Position numbers and translations under genes: made by a program. DNA of 64,000 nucleotides, taken from positions 1-64,000 of the forward strand of contig NIVC01002836.1 in NCBI GenBank assembly GCA_002269645.1, written 5' to 3'. The notes beneath the pieces were generated by a model, which made no database searches, was not told the DNA's origin, and saw nothing but the letters and a program-made list of their open reading frames with translations. This stretch comes from Macrostomum lignano. Its lineage: Eukaryota. This document shows positions 27,301-39,238 of the stretch, one piece after another (the first letter of the stretch is position 1; each line of letters opens with the position of its first letter).

Positions 27301-28088
27301 AAAGGTGGTGCATTACATGTACAAAGTCTTACTGCACTGCAAGCATTTTGTTTGTATAAGAACTAACTCTAACGTGTTAGAGCTTTTGTCAGCAGTAACA
27401 GTTGTGCAACTAGTGTTATTTATGAAAGAAAAGCTAATAGCTTTTAGTAATTGAAATTAATTTTATGATTAAAAGTAAAATGCTCTGCTTTAAGTAATTA
27501 AAAGTAAAATGCATACTTGTAATTCCAGGCCCTCAGTTATTTATAAAAAAACATTGAGACAACAATAATTCTGCTATTTACTTCTGTGAGGCAGTATGTC
27601 ATAACATAACATAACATCACATCAATGTTATAACATAATTCGAATGCAAAATGGTATGCAGCAGCAGCAGCACTCAAAAGTAAAAACGGGAAACGGATGA
27701 AACAGCTGTCTATATGTTTTCAGTATATTTCAAGTAGCGCCTTCAAGTCTAATATTTTTTTATTTTATTTATGCACCTTGAATGTAAATGCCAATGGCAA
27801 CGATGACATTACCAGTGTGTTGTGTTGCGTAGTTTTTAAAAAAAACACTTTCTAAGCATGAAAATAGTTGCCTAAGTTAAATAATTTCCGCGCGTGCCTA
27901 TCAAAAGCAAAACTAAAAAGAATCCAAAACCTCCAAGCTATTTTCTGAAGAAAATTTGTATTCATTAGTAAATTTCAGTAAGATTTCAATTTTTGTACAG
28001 TATTAAAGTTTTTGTGCAAAAATATTTGTTCGAAATGAAACCTCTGAAAAACCTCAAAACCTCCGAAACCTCTCGATGAGAATCACCC
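24394..28088. mobile_element. Mutator-like (MULE) element, non-autonomous or decayed, 3695 bp
   Basis: About 210-bp TIRs (GGGTGATTCCCATCGAGAGG... / ...CCTCTCGATGAGAATCACCC) and a perfect 9-bp TSD GTTTTGAAC at 24385-24393 and 28089-28097. No intact ORF. Confidence 0.9.
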
Positions 28089-29157
28089 GTTTTGAACACT
28101 ACTATTAAAAATAACTACTTAATAGCAAGTGTATTAACAGAGGTAAATAAGATATCAATTCTTACTAAAAATAGAAAGGATGAAATTAGCTCTTCTAAAG
28201 TTTTGAAAGTGAAATATTTTGTTTACTACTGAGACATTAAAAAATTCATTTTTTAAACATTCATGCATGACTGTTCCGCATCGATCACTATATATAGCTG
28301 AATGGCTAGCTTCCAATGAATCCGGCGACAAGACGATCCGGCGACAGACAATCCGGCGACAGTCGAAGCGGCGACCACCCGACTGTATCGAATTTGCACC
28401 TGGCGACAGATTTTTTTTGTAGATTTTACGGTTTTTAGAACTGCATCTAATGTTTTATAGATGTGTGTAGTGCTCGTGCTCTTGTTTTAATCTAGGAATA
28501 CTAGGATGCGTCGGGGACAGGACAATTCGGTAACAGACAGTTCGGTAACAGACAGTTCGGTAACACCAAGAACAGTTCGGTAACAAGTTGTGGACAATTC
28601 GGTAACAAGCTTACTGAGAGTAAGTAGCATAGATATACTGTATTACAGTAAGTCAATTAGATACTATCGATTTACACATTAACAGGTATTATTCGCATGG
28701 TTAAATTTGTTATATTGAATGCAACTAACAAAGTTTTTGAACTCACCAATGCCATGCGCACGCCAGCTGCAGCTGCTGGCTGGCAGCCGTGTCACAATAT
28801 TTTGCTACTTCCAAGCACTAAACAACGCAGCAAAATGCTGCTAACAGCATGCTGGCAATGCAGGCTCTGCATGATGGCAATCTTTACAATTAGGTTAACG
28901 CTTAATTTGCTGGCAGGCCTATTAATAAATTAAAAATTGAGAATAGTCTAGACGTATAGGCCCCCATGCTAGGCTATGCTAGGTAAACTATAATTCAAAT
29001 TTCATTCTAGCTTAGCTACTAAAAGCCTGCCTGCCCTAGCCTAGCTATACCTATGGCATTGTATAGCGTGTAGCTTACGTAAAGATTAGCAAAAATTTAA
29101 TGGGCTAATGAATGACCAATGTAGCTCTAGTCTAGGAAGTTGCGAAGTTGCGCATAT

Positions 29158-29248
<91 letters not shown>

Positions 29249-29260
29249 GGAGAAAGCTGA
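29158..29260. repeat. (GA)n microsatellite inside the MULE
   Basis: Direct reading. Confidence 0.97.
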
Positions 29261-30114
29261 GACAGAGACAGAGTAGGAGAGGGACTGATAGAGGATGGTG
29301 AATAAGCAATACACAGAATGCGTCATGGTAGCTAGCCATACTGAAGGTGCTTTTTGACTCCCCGTGGATTTTTCGCAAGTTCCCAGTGAAAAATGATTCA
29401 TGGATTCCACGTGGGTTCCACGTGGCCATGTGGAATTTAAATGTTTCTTTATTTTTTGCAAATTATTAACTTAAAGATGACATAATGGTATGCAAAGTAT
29501 TTTTTATGCATTATTTTTTTATTTTTACTGTCCTAATGTTGATGTGGATTTTACAAGGAATTCATGAGAAATAAGCGTATATTGATTCAACATGGAATCC
29601 ACTTCGATAAAAAACTGTGATACACCATATTCAGACATTTTTAGGAAATTACTATAATTAATTATTACATTTATATGTTTTTAAGTTAAAATTAATATCT
29701 TAAAGCTAAATTATAATCGGCAAATAAGACACTGTTTGTTAAAATAGACAAAATAGAAGTGAACAATAAAAAACGCTTCGTGCTTTTTAAAATTAAATTA
29801 ATTTTATTTTATATTCGTCAATGTTTTGGTTCAAGGCCTTGAAAGATAAATTGCCTTGTTTATGGCTATTTAAGCACCTTAAAAATGCTGTAGGCCCAAT
29901 TTAAATTTTCGCGTTGATATAGAAACATAACTAGGGAAAGAATTTTTTGTTTAAATGTAGCTGGTCCCCCACCCCAATTCTACTATAAATACAAGTGAAT
30001 TCAGCGCCCAGAGAGGCGACCGTTTTTGGTTCAAGGCTATCTGCCTAACAAATTGAATAAGCTAATTTTGCTAAAGTCTTCCTTCATTTGCTAGAAAACT
30101 AAGAGCGAATGCTC

Positions 30115-30329
30115 ATTGGACAGAAGGTAGAAATTACCAAGAGTAAAAGACGAATAGTCTAAGAGCCAATTGCGTACTTGCAAAGAGCAGAGGCGTAGCC
30201 AGCCAATAAAAAAGGGAGAAATATCCCAATAGAAATATTCGAATTGAACAACCAATGAGAAAGTCGTACCTGACAAGAGCAAATCCGTAAGAGGAAATTG
30301 AAATTCACCGGGCAACCTCGATCCATTGG
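30115..30329. promoter_or_regulatory. CCAAT-box cluster inside the EnSpm-like element
   Basis: CCAAT/ATTGG at 30115, 30166, 30203, 30226, 30252 and 30325. Confidence 0.45.
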
Positions 30330-31267
30330 AGGACGCTGCTTAGGACTTAGTCACCCCCCCTCTCCCCCTAGCTGAACAGTGTCTTGCCGCTCGGGCACTG
30401 CGCGCTACCAGGGCAATCCGTACTTACGTGAAAGCCCATAGTCTTACCTCCATAACACCGTATTTTAGTGGCTCATAACAAATCTAATAAGCTAATATAA
30501 TAAAAGTATAGAATTATAGCCAACCCCCCTATGACAACTTGGTGATTGCGGTGGGATTTAGAGAATAATAGAGGTGCCCTACGACAAAAATTTTAGTAGA
30601 CCTAGCCTATAGGCAATAACTTATCAGGCCATAGCCTCCATGAGATTAGAAATTAGATAAATCAGTATTTTATCATAGATAGGCCTAATACTTTTGGTAA
30701 AATCCATGATAAATTTATTTAGGCCTAGGCCTCCAATTTCTAGAAATCCCATGGCCATGTCCATAGATTGGCTACTCATTTTTTTAACTTAAATAGACCT
30801 TTAGAAGTTCATAATTTCCTCTTAGTCCTACCTATTATTAGTCCTATCTATTTATATGTATGCTTATTAGGCGTATTTTAAGCTAGGCCTGCTATAACTA
30901 TCAATTTAGGTCCTTCTATTTTAATTAAGGTTAGGACTAGCTTGACTTTGTGAATTGTGACTAGTCAATCTAGTTAATATGTTAAAAATCAATTAATTTA
31001 TGATTTTCTTCAAAAAAGTCTGTTAGCATCTTTTGGACTTGTTGCATTTTTAAAAACAATATTATTAATTATAATAAATAATTCTTTGCAATTACACTTG
31101 CAACTTGCTTTTGGCATAGCTAGCCTAGCAGATCCCTAAGGTTGCTATTAAAAATAAAGAATGATTATTGTAAATTTGATCTGATTTAGGCCAAGTCCAG
31201 AATTTAATTTTAAGCCATAAGGCATAGCTATTTAGGCTTAGGTTAGGCCTAATGTTTAATTATACTA

Positions 31268-31630
31268 TTTTTTTTATTAGAGGCAGGGGGGTTGTGTGCA
31301 CCCTGGCGCACTTTAAGCGACATAGGCATACAACTGGCAAGAGGCATTGCTGCCTATTCCGCCGACTCCCCTAAGCAGGCACACAAGTGTGCGGATATGT
31401 ATGCAAGCACACTCATACAGGAATGTACAGCGGCCCTAGCTTTATTTATCGTTAGGCATGTATACTTCACTGTGCCTTGGGGGGTTGGCTCTCAAGGCCA
31501 TTAATTGCATGAGCAGAGAGCCAAGCTGAGATTCCAATTCAGCTCCAAATTAATATGACTGCACTTGGATTCGAGCTTGGGTCGCTGGCACACCAGAGCA
31601 GCTGCGTTACTACTTGGCTACGGCCCCCCT
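31268..31630 (-). mobile_element. tRNA-derived SINE, copy 1 (inside the EnSpm-like element)
   Basis: Reverse strand begins GGGGGCCGTAGCCAAGTAG (A box) ... GCTCGAATCC (B box). Body is homologous to the copies at 55556-55813 and 57756-58105. A-rich tail. Confidence 0.8.
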
Positions 31631-32040
31631 TTTAATCATACTAGGCCAGCAAATATGAAAAACATGCATTGCTTTGCCTAAATACTTTATAGTCTAAAAT
31701 CAATTTTAAAATAAAAAATTAAATTTATAGAAACATATATTAATTATTTTTATACTTATTATTTTAATTTTATTAATTTTATTTTATTGATTGACTTAGG
31801 TAAGGTTTTCTTTTTTGCTAGAGACAAGGTGCAAAATCATACCCTATGCTCACTTTTAGGGTTTTATGATTTTAAGGCTTAGAATGTAGTTTCTTTTTTT
31901 TCTTATATAAAGGCAATGCAAATAAGGCTTCAACATAAAAATAGGTAATGAGATCGCACCTAAACTGTATCAACTTTTTAATTTCAGTTTTCAAGGTACA
32001 ATTTTAAGATTTAGGGTGCACTTGACTTACTTGACTTAGC

Positions 32041-32130
32041 TGCAGGGGGCTCTGTGCATCTGGAAACAGCGAGGAGGCATTGCTGCCCATTTCGCTAACC
32101 CCTGGCGAAGGCATATGCACACTTTGCGCT
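32041..32130 (-). mobile_element. 3' fragment of the same SINE family
   Basis: GCAGGGGG...GAGGCATTGCTGCC matches the tail region of copy 1. Confidence 0.5.
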
Positions 32131-33606
32131 AAAAAAATAAACCTAAGACTTAGGCCTAGTTAATTTTAAAATAAACTTTATTAAGTATTCATCCTTAAAT
32201 TAGTTTTATGAATTATATCAATATTATCTATCAATCTTAATTGGCAACAATTATTTTTCTATTTCATTTCAGCCTAACATTACATGGCCCATCCTTAAAC
32301 TTGGATGTCACCTTGGTCTTGCCTTTGAAGAAGCATGCAAAGCTACTTGGAATTGGAATTTAATATCTCGAATGCTACCTTTTGTGAAGTAATGGTAAGT
32401 TTTAGTTATAAACTGATTTTTTTCTGTCATCAAAATCTGTTATAAGATCAAAATCTATAAAAATCTATTACAAAATCTGTTATCAATCTGTTATAAAATT
32501 CTGTAATTTAACCCCTTTCTTTTCTAAGGTTGCTCACCTGACCTGAAGAAGCAGCATTCTGGCAATTGGCAGCAGCATGTTTCTGACTGTTCTAATTCTG
32601 GTGCATTATATTATTGTTAATTAATTAATGCTATTGACAATGTCAATTTCAAATTATATATTATATCATATGCGCAGCGCAACTTTAAAGATATCAATAT
32701 CTACATCAGTGTGTTTATTCTTTGTGTGCTAGTGACTCACTACTGTACATAAATACACCTTACTTATTGATACATCCTTTTTGAATATATTTTTGTGCAG
32801 AAATATTTTTGGCTATAGCTAATGTTTTATCTGTGTTTCAGTTTCTTTTATATGGTATTGAGATCTGGGGTTTGTATGAAATTTTGAGATCTGGTATTAT
32901 TTTGAGATTTAGGATGCAACAATTTATTATGGCAACCAGTATAATGGCTGCTTACTCAATGACAATGTGGATTCTATGTGAAATACATAATTACTTCCAT
33001 GTGGATCTTCCATGTGGAATCCATATCTTGATTCCACATGGATGGACGGAGACAAATGCACATATGGATTTCATATGAAAAATCCACATGGAATCCATAT
33101 CATTTTTTTCACTGGGTTCTTTCATAAGTGAGCCAACTCACCAAATCGCCCTTAAAAATAAACCCTGTCTTAATAATATACCCAACACGAACTTGCTAAG
33201 CCTCTATTGTTACAATTTTGCTCTGCAAAGCTGAATACCTAAACCACATTGTGCAAAGACTGAGCCTAAGCTTAGCAGTCTTTTGTTGATATAAACCATA
33301 CTGAGTATCTACATCTATGCTTTATCCTGTGCACGTAGTAGCTACATGTAAATAAATACACTATATTTGTATGACACGTTAAACTTTACTCCAGAATCTA
33401 AGTCTCATATTAGCAAGTAACCGTCAATTGCCTAGCCTAATGTGTGAAATGTATAAAATGTATGTTATTCAACTAGAATTCCTCCACCACGAGGCGACCC
33501 TGAAGAAGAATGGGGGTGTGGCTGTGATGTCATGGAAACGGTGGCTTGCGGGATTGCTCCTCCAATGAAAATCGGTGGCACTATTTTGAAATGCGTAAAA
33601 TACTGC

Positions 33607-33614
33607 TATAAATA
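33607..33614 (+). promoter_or_regulatory. TATA box of the MULE transposase gene
   Basis: TATAAATA about 63 nt upstream of the ATG at 33677. Confidence 0.55.
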
Positions 33615-33676
33615 GCTGCCACATTTTTTAGAAATTTCGAAAAAAAACTAACTCAAACTATTTTAAACATTTTGCT

Positions 33677-35421
33677 ATGGACGATAATTGCATACGCTGT
33701 CAGTCAGCTGTAAGAGCCAGGCAGCAAGCTCTGCAGTGTGACGTTTGCAATCGATGGCAGCATCGTTTGTGTAACACTGGAATCTCCCTGCAGCAATACC
33801 GAGAGTTTCAAGGAACAGACTTTAATTGGTCATGTGAAGCATGCCAACAGCAGCATCAGCATCAACAGCACCAGCACCAGCATCAACAGCACCAGCACCA
33901 GCATCAACAGCACCAGCAGCAGCCTCAGCATCCACAGCAGCAGCAACAGCATCAACAGCACCACCACCAGCACCAAGACGAGCCGATGGAGAGCTCTATG
34001 GAAGAGGATGCTCCACCACAGCACATACCACAACAGGTCGAGCCTATCGTCTTTACCCTAATCCCACGTGCATCTGAGAAGGAGAAGGACATTTTGATCC
34101 GCTCTGACGGCTTCAGCTACAGTCGACAATTCAGCCGAGGAGACAGAACGTACTGGAGATGCACAATCCGAAACGCACACACCAAATGTCGAGTCAAGTG
34201 GCACATTTATCAGCGGCAAGAACGAGCACACATGTCGCCAAGTCGGGCAACCATCGATACGGCGACTGATTGTTCGGGAAGCCTGCGATCAAGCTCGGCA
34301 GGAGCTCTTCAGGCCCGCCGCTGAAATCGCCGAACAACTTCTGCTGCAGAATGAAGGCAGCTTAAGAGGTCTGCCTCAGTTGCCAACAGTGGACCAGCTG
34401 GCAAAAGCTGCAAATCGAGCACGAGCAGCACAACGCCCACAGGAACCAAGAGATCTGGAATTTCAAGTTCAAGAAGAAGCACTGCCGGATGACTTCCTTC
34501 AAAGAGATGTCTACATCGAAGAGAATGGCAGGCGCCACTTCATTTTCGCAAGCCAACGTCAACTGCAGCTGCTGGGACGTTGCAAGGAGTGGTTCGGCGA
34601 CGGAACCTTCTTCGTCGTGAAGGAGCCCTTTCTACAGCTCTACATCTTCCACGGCAATGTGCGCAAGAATGAGTCAGTCAAACAGATACCGCTGGTCTAC
34701 ATTCTGATGTCCGGAAAGAGCAAGCGAGACTACCGACGTACGCTGCGGGCTCTCAAGGATATGCTTCCCGAGTGCCGACTGACAAGCATCGTGCTCGATT
34801 ACGAAGCTGGAATGTGGAGAGCTGCTAAGTCTGTCTTTCTGGCAGGTGTGAAACTGCATGGGTGCAGTTTTCACTATTCCCAGGCAATTTGGCGACACAT
34901 CCAGTCAATGGGCCTGCAGCCAGCCTACGCGAACGACGAGACTGTACGGGCCTTCTGCCACAAATTAATTGATGGCACTGCCGTTTCTGCCAGGCAATTG
35001 TATGCATGCTGCATTCACTGAGCTGCAGCAGACGATCCAGAACCAACAGCTGCAAGAGCTGTGCGAGTACGTTGCTAACACATGGCTCAACAGCACAGTC
35101 TGGCAGCTGGACGAGATCAGCATCTTCCGCAGGAACATCAGAACGAACAATGGGCCTGAAGGCTACCATCATCGCCTCAACCAAAGGGCACGGAGTGGCA
35201 ACCTGGGCTTCTACAAGCTTGCCTCGCTCCTTTACGATGAAGCGAGGGTAGCCACTCTTCACGCTAAGCTGGTATCTCAGGAGCAGCTTAGCCGCTACCA
35301 GAGGCTTGCCCAGCGCACCAAGGAGGCCAAGCTGATGCGTTATTGGTCCGAGTACCAGGCAGGCACCAAAACGGCAGCTCAATTACTAAGTGCTGTGGCC
35401 AAGTATGTAGTCGCCAAGTGA
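33677..35421 (+). pseudogene. PHD finger + polyQ/H + FLYWCH + MULE DDE transposase with two frameshifts
   Basis: PHD CIRC...CDVCNRWQHRLC...WSCEAC; FLYWCH DGFSY...YWRC...C...EHTC; WFGDGTF, IVLDYE, GCSFHYSQAIW, TNNGPEGYH. Frameshifts at about 34198 and at the AATT duplication 34963-34970. Confidence 0.92.
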
Positions 35422-35902
35422 CCAATTGCTTTCGTGAGCGTTGCGTAACTGTGAACAATGCATGAATATTTACATTTTTTACATTGTGCTATAGTGTAAT
35501 TGTTTGTATTTGAACGAGCTGTAACTTTTATGTACATGAATGAGTCGGTATTTGCTTCAATACTTAGTTCTTAAAAAACAATTATTATACATATTTTACA
35601 AGCGATACTTGTATTTTAGTGTAGCTACAGTATCTTATATACGTGTATCACAAAAATCCAAACAAAAGTTACCAACTTCCGAAATAAACTAACTCCGCAT
35701 TGTTATGGTTGCATGAATTATAACAGTGTTTATGTCTCTTAAAATATATTACACGTCTATCATAATTATTGTAAAAAATTTATGCACTAATAAATAAAAT
35801 GCATCATTATAAAAACTTGGCAGTACATACATGGTCGTCTTCTGGCGTTACGGAACTGTCCTGGAAAATGTTACCGAACTGTCTTGAATATGTTACCGAA
35901 CT

Positions 35903-37589
35903 CGGTTAAAGTCAAAACTGGGGAGTCAGAAAATGTAGAAAAAAATTTGTTGTTTCAATTGGTAATTTTTTATACAATTTTTTATATTTCCGTTAAGTGG
36001 TCTCAAAAAACATTTTTAAAGCACAAAATACACCTCTTAATAAATTTCCTACCCATTTGTTAATCTTCACTTTTACGGAACTGTACGGACGCAAAATCAG
36101 AAACTAAATATAGTATTCTAAAAATAAATGTTCTATACAAACCCGTAAAAGTAGTTTTTATCTGAAAAAAATTAGGTAAATATTGCAATAGATATTTTTT
36201 AAATAAATATTAAGCTGGATTTTGTTAAGCTGCTTACTTTGTTTACGTCGCGCCTGTTTGTGTTCTGAAATACTCTCGTTAATTTAGTTATCAGTTTCAT
36301 GTTAATAAGTACTTTATTATTGATGTTTGGCCTGGTTCTTCTTACGGATGTGAAATATCAGCAAACTTTTTTGGATTGAATTAAATATGAGATTTAGATA
36401 TTGATTACTGACTTCTGTATTTCAAGCATTGCAAACGTCTAGCATCAATTTTCTGCTTATCTAATTTATGAACAATAATCGATCGAGGATTCTAGATATA
36501 TGCTTTATTTTATAAGCCACGGCTAGTCATTGCTAGTCATAAAAAATTTTAAGTGATGGTCAATAAAAAGATGTTTAAAGTAATTTTTACAAAATTTACC
36601 TCAACTTATTCAGTATAAAATAAGCATAATAACTATCATTAAAAATAACTAAAGCCTAATTCATTACAAATTATACATTAAATGGCAATAAAATTATATT
36701 AGGTTGTCCCTGCTGCAAAGCCAAAAAAATGCTTCTTTATAGGGTTCTTTGCAGTGCCTTGATGAAATATCTAAGCTTTTCATTGTACATGCTCCACACA
36801 GTAGGCTTCCGGAGAAAAAAATCATGACAAAAACTAACATTTATGGCATTTAAGAGCCAACAAAGAGTACCATTTAGTAAAGAAAAAAAATGCTTCAAGC
36901 TTAATAGGTGTGTAATAACATATTTCAATTCTAAAAGCTGGCAATTATTCATTTTGATGCAACAGACTACTGGAGAAAATCACTTTGTGCTCTCTAACTA
37001 TTAAAAAGTATTTTTATATTGTTATAGAATGTTATACAATAAGTAATATATTAGGCTTTTTCAATAAAAAGCATCGATTTTATGCTAAATTATTTTCTAA
37101 AATGTAAAAGTGAATAATCCAATTGGATACATCAATTTAGATTAGTTTTTAACATATTCTCATATGAGCATATAGGTGGGATGTCATAATCAATGTTTAC
37201 TACCAAAACGAAGAATATTCGAACTACAGTAAGGTTTATACAAATAAAACATTACTCATGCATGCATTTAATGCAAATTAACTCAAAACTTTCACCATCT
37301 ATATTAATTCCTACATTTTTAGCCCTTCATTTGTAAATTATATAGAATTTTTTTCACACGTGTTCAACGTGGTTGAATTTCCGCCAAAAAAATTATCGCT
37401 GAAAAGGACATATTTTGTCTTTTAGAGGAGCGAAAAAGACTAATTTTACTTAGATTATAGTAAAATTATTTATAATTCACAGTTTAATGCAAGATTTAAC
37501 CGGCCATACTCATTAGAAAACAGATACAATTTGGTATTACAAAGTTTGAATGGTGTAAACTCGCGATGCCCTCGTTTTGACTTTGCCCC
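35903..37589. mobile_element. Sola2-like non-autonomous TIR element inserted in the right TIR of the MULE
   Basis: Imperfect TIR CGGTTAAAGTCAAAAC / GTTTTGACTTTGCCCC and a perfect 4-bp TSD AACT (35899-35902, 37590-37593). Removing it restores the motif GTTACCGAACTGTCC. Superfamily call is tentative. Confidence 0.65.
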
Positions 37590-38150
37590 AACTGTCCTTG
37601 CTGTTACCGAACTGTCTGTTACCGAATTGTCTGTTACCGAACTGTCCTGTATTCGATGCGTCAATCCTAATTTAAGGTACTGTAGTAATTAAATTTTACC
37701 TTCTAAGTTAAACTTATCCAGCTGTTTGTAAAATTGTAATATAATACAAATACAAATATGCTCATTAAACTTTTTTGTATAGGCCCCTTACTCTAAAACT
37801 AAACTTCTCAGCAAAGTCTTTTAGAAATTACAATGATTATCAATCAATACAGTCTTTTAAATTTTATTAGGGCCTATGTTATAAATAAAACTTTTATTTT
37901 ATTTTGTATTGCTTTTTACATTGTACAGGCTATATACCACAAATCAGATGTCTTGTCAAGTATGTAGAAAAAATTTGATCCCAGCTGTATGGTTGCACAG
38001 CTAGGATCAATCACAAACATATTATTGTATATTAAACTTTAAGCTTACCTGTTACCTAAAAAAATTGAATACATATAGGCTTAAGCTTAGTTAGGTCCAC
38101 CTAGGGCTAGGTTTCTCAACCTAGCTGCCAACATTACTTAAGCCTATAAG

Positions 38151-38627
38151 CCTGGATGGAATTCTTGCAGAAAAATCACAATGCGTTATGCGATTGCGCG
38201 AAAAAAATGTGATTTTGCGTCAAAAAATCCAGAAAAAATGCATTGCAGAATTTTAGACAAAATTGCTAATTCTTAATATATGTAAAAGTGCGCTTGAGAT
38301 ATTGGATTTTGCAAAAGATAATCCTACTAGCTAAGATCACGAAGAAAAAAGAATAAAAAGTAAAAACTAAATAAGGCACAAAAGTAAAAATTTGAAAAAA
38401 TTCTACAAAAAGTAGAAACTCATAACATTCTCTTTCATACGTAATTGGACAAAAATTCAAATCACTACATTTTCTTAGAATGCATTTTTCATTATTGTCT
38501 TATTTGATTACTTTTGCGATGTGCTAAGTACCAAAATAAAAAATGCGACCAATAAAAAATATTTTGCGCACCATAAAAAAATTGCATAATTCCGTTTGAC
38601 TTAAGAAATACAAGAATTCCATCCTGG
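38151..38627. mobile_element. hAT-like MITE, 477 bp
   Basis: 17-bp TIR CC(T/A)GGATGGAATTCTTG and 8-bp near-TSD CCTATAAG / CCTATAGG. Confidence 0.6.
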
Positions 38628-38771
38628 CCTATAGGCCTTATGTAGGCCTATTCAATTTTCTGTTACTCTTTGGGCATTAAAATTAAATCAGGCTTTTGAC
38701 AACTTAAATTTGATTTTTTTAAGACTAAACTTATTCAAGTTGCAAATAGGCCTACACCAATTTGTTCAATT

Positions 38772-39238
38772 GGCGTTTGTGCAGTTTCCCGCTCTAAATT
38801 ATTTTCACCCCTTTTTTGAACTTACTTTTATCAATTTCCACATCGACACCTAGGCTGCCGAGCTGCATTGGGTGATCTAGCAGATACATCGCGCAGATAT
38901 CACGGATGAAGTTGAGCCAGTCAACTGCAGTGTGACGGCTGATTTGGGCCTCCCCCTCAATGCGTTGTAGTGACATAGGAATGTCGCACGCTTCACACAA
39001 CCTAGTATTAGTAAGCAGGTGGTGCCGCGCCATCCACCATATGGCTTTGTCCACATCTGGGACCAGCGTAACCAGTCCTCAATGGGTAACATCTAGGTTG
39101 CAGAGCACAATGCTGTTCACAACTTCGCCCACCAGAACGATGAACTGCGGCGCTGGAGGTCAGCCAGCCATACTAGCAGTAGCTGAAAAGTTCGAAAAAA
39201 GGTGAAAATAATTTAGAGCGGGAAACTGCACAATCGCC
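38772..39238 (-). mobile_element. Merlin/IS1016-like (ISXO2 domain) internally deleted transposon, 467 bp
   Basis: TIR GGCG(T/A)TTGTGCAGTTTCCCGCTCTAAATTATT and degenerate 8-bp TSD GTTCAATT/ATTCAGTT. Remnant ORF LCEACDIPM...ISRHTAVDWLNFIRDIC...VDVEIDKSKF resembles the Merlin VEIDES region. Confidence 0.8.

Larger units (their letters stand above)
29382..33116. mobile_element. CMC/EnSpm-like non-autonomous TIR element nested in the MULE
   Basis: Termini CCCAGTGAAAAA / TTTTTCACTGGG, subterminal GGATTCCA(C/T)(G/A)TGG repeats at both ends, 2-bp TT flanks (29380-29381, 33117-33118). Superfamily call is inference from termini and TSD length. Confidence 0.72.
28513..37654 (+). mobile_element. Mutator/Phantom-like transposon with repeat-structured TIRs, carrying nested insertions
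   Basis: Termini GGGGACAGGAC and GTCCTGTATTC followed by arrays of GACA(A/G)TTCGGTAACA in inverted orientation. 8-bp TSD GATGCGTC at 28505-28512 and 37655-37662. Internal transposase gene. About 3.7 kb after removing the nested inserts. Confidence 0.9.

Noticed and set aside
33830-34077. Separate small genes overlapping the Q/H tract
   Set aside because: These are alternative-frame readings of the CAG/CAT/CAC repeat inside the transposase.
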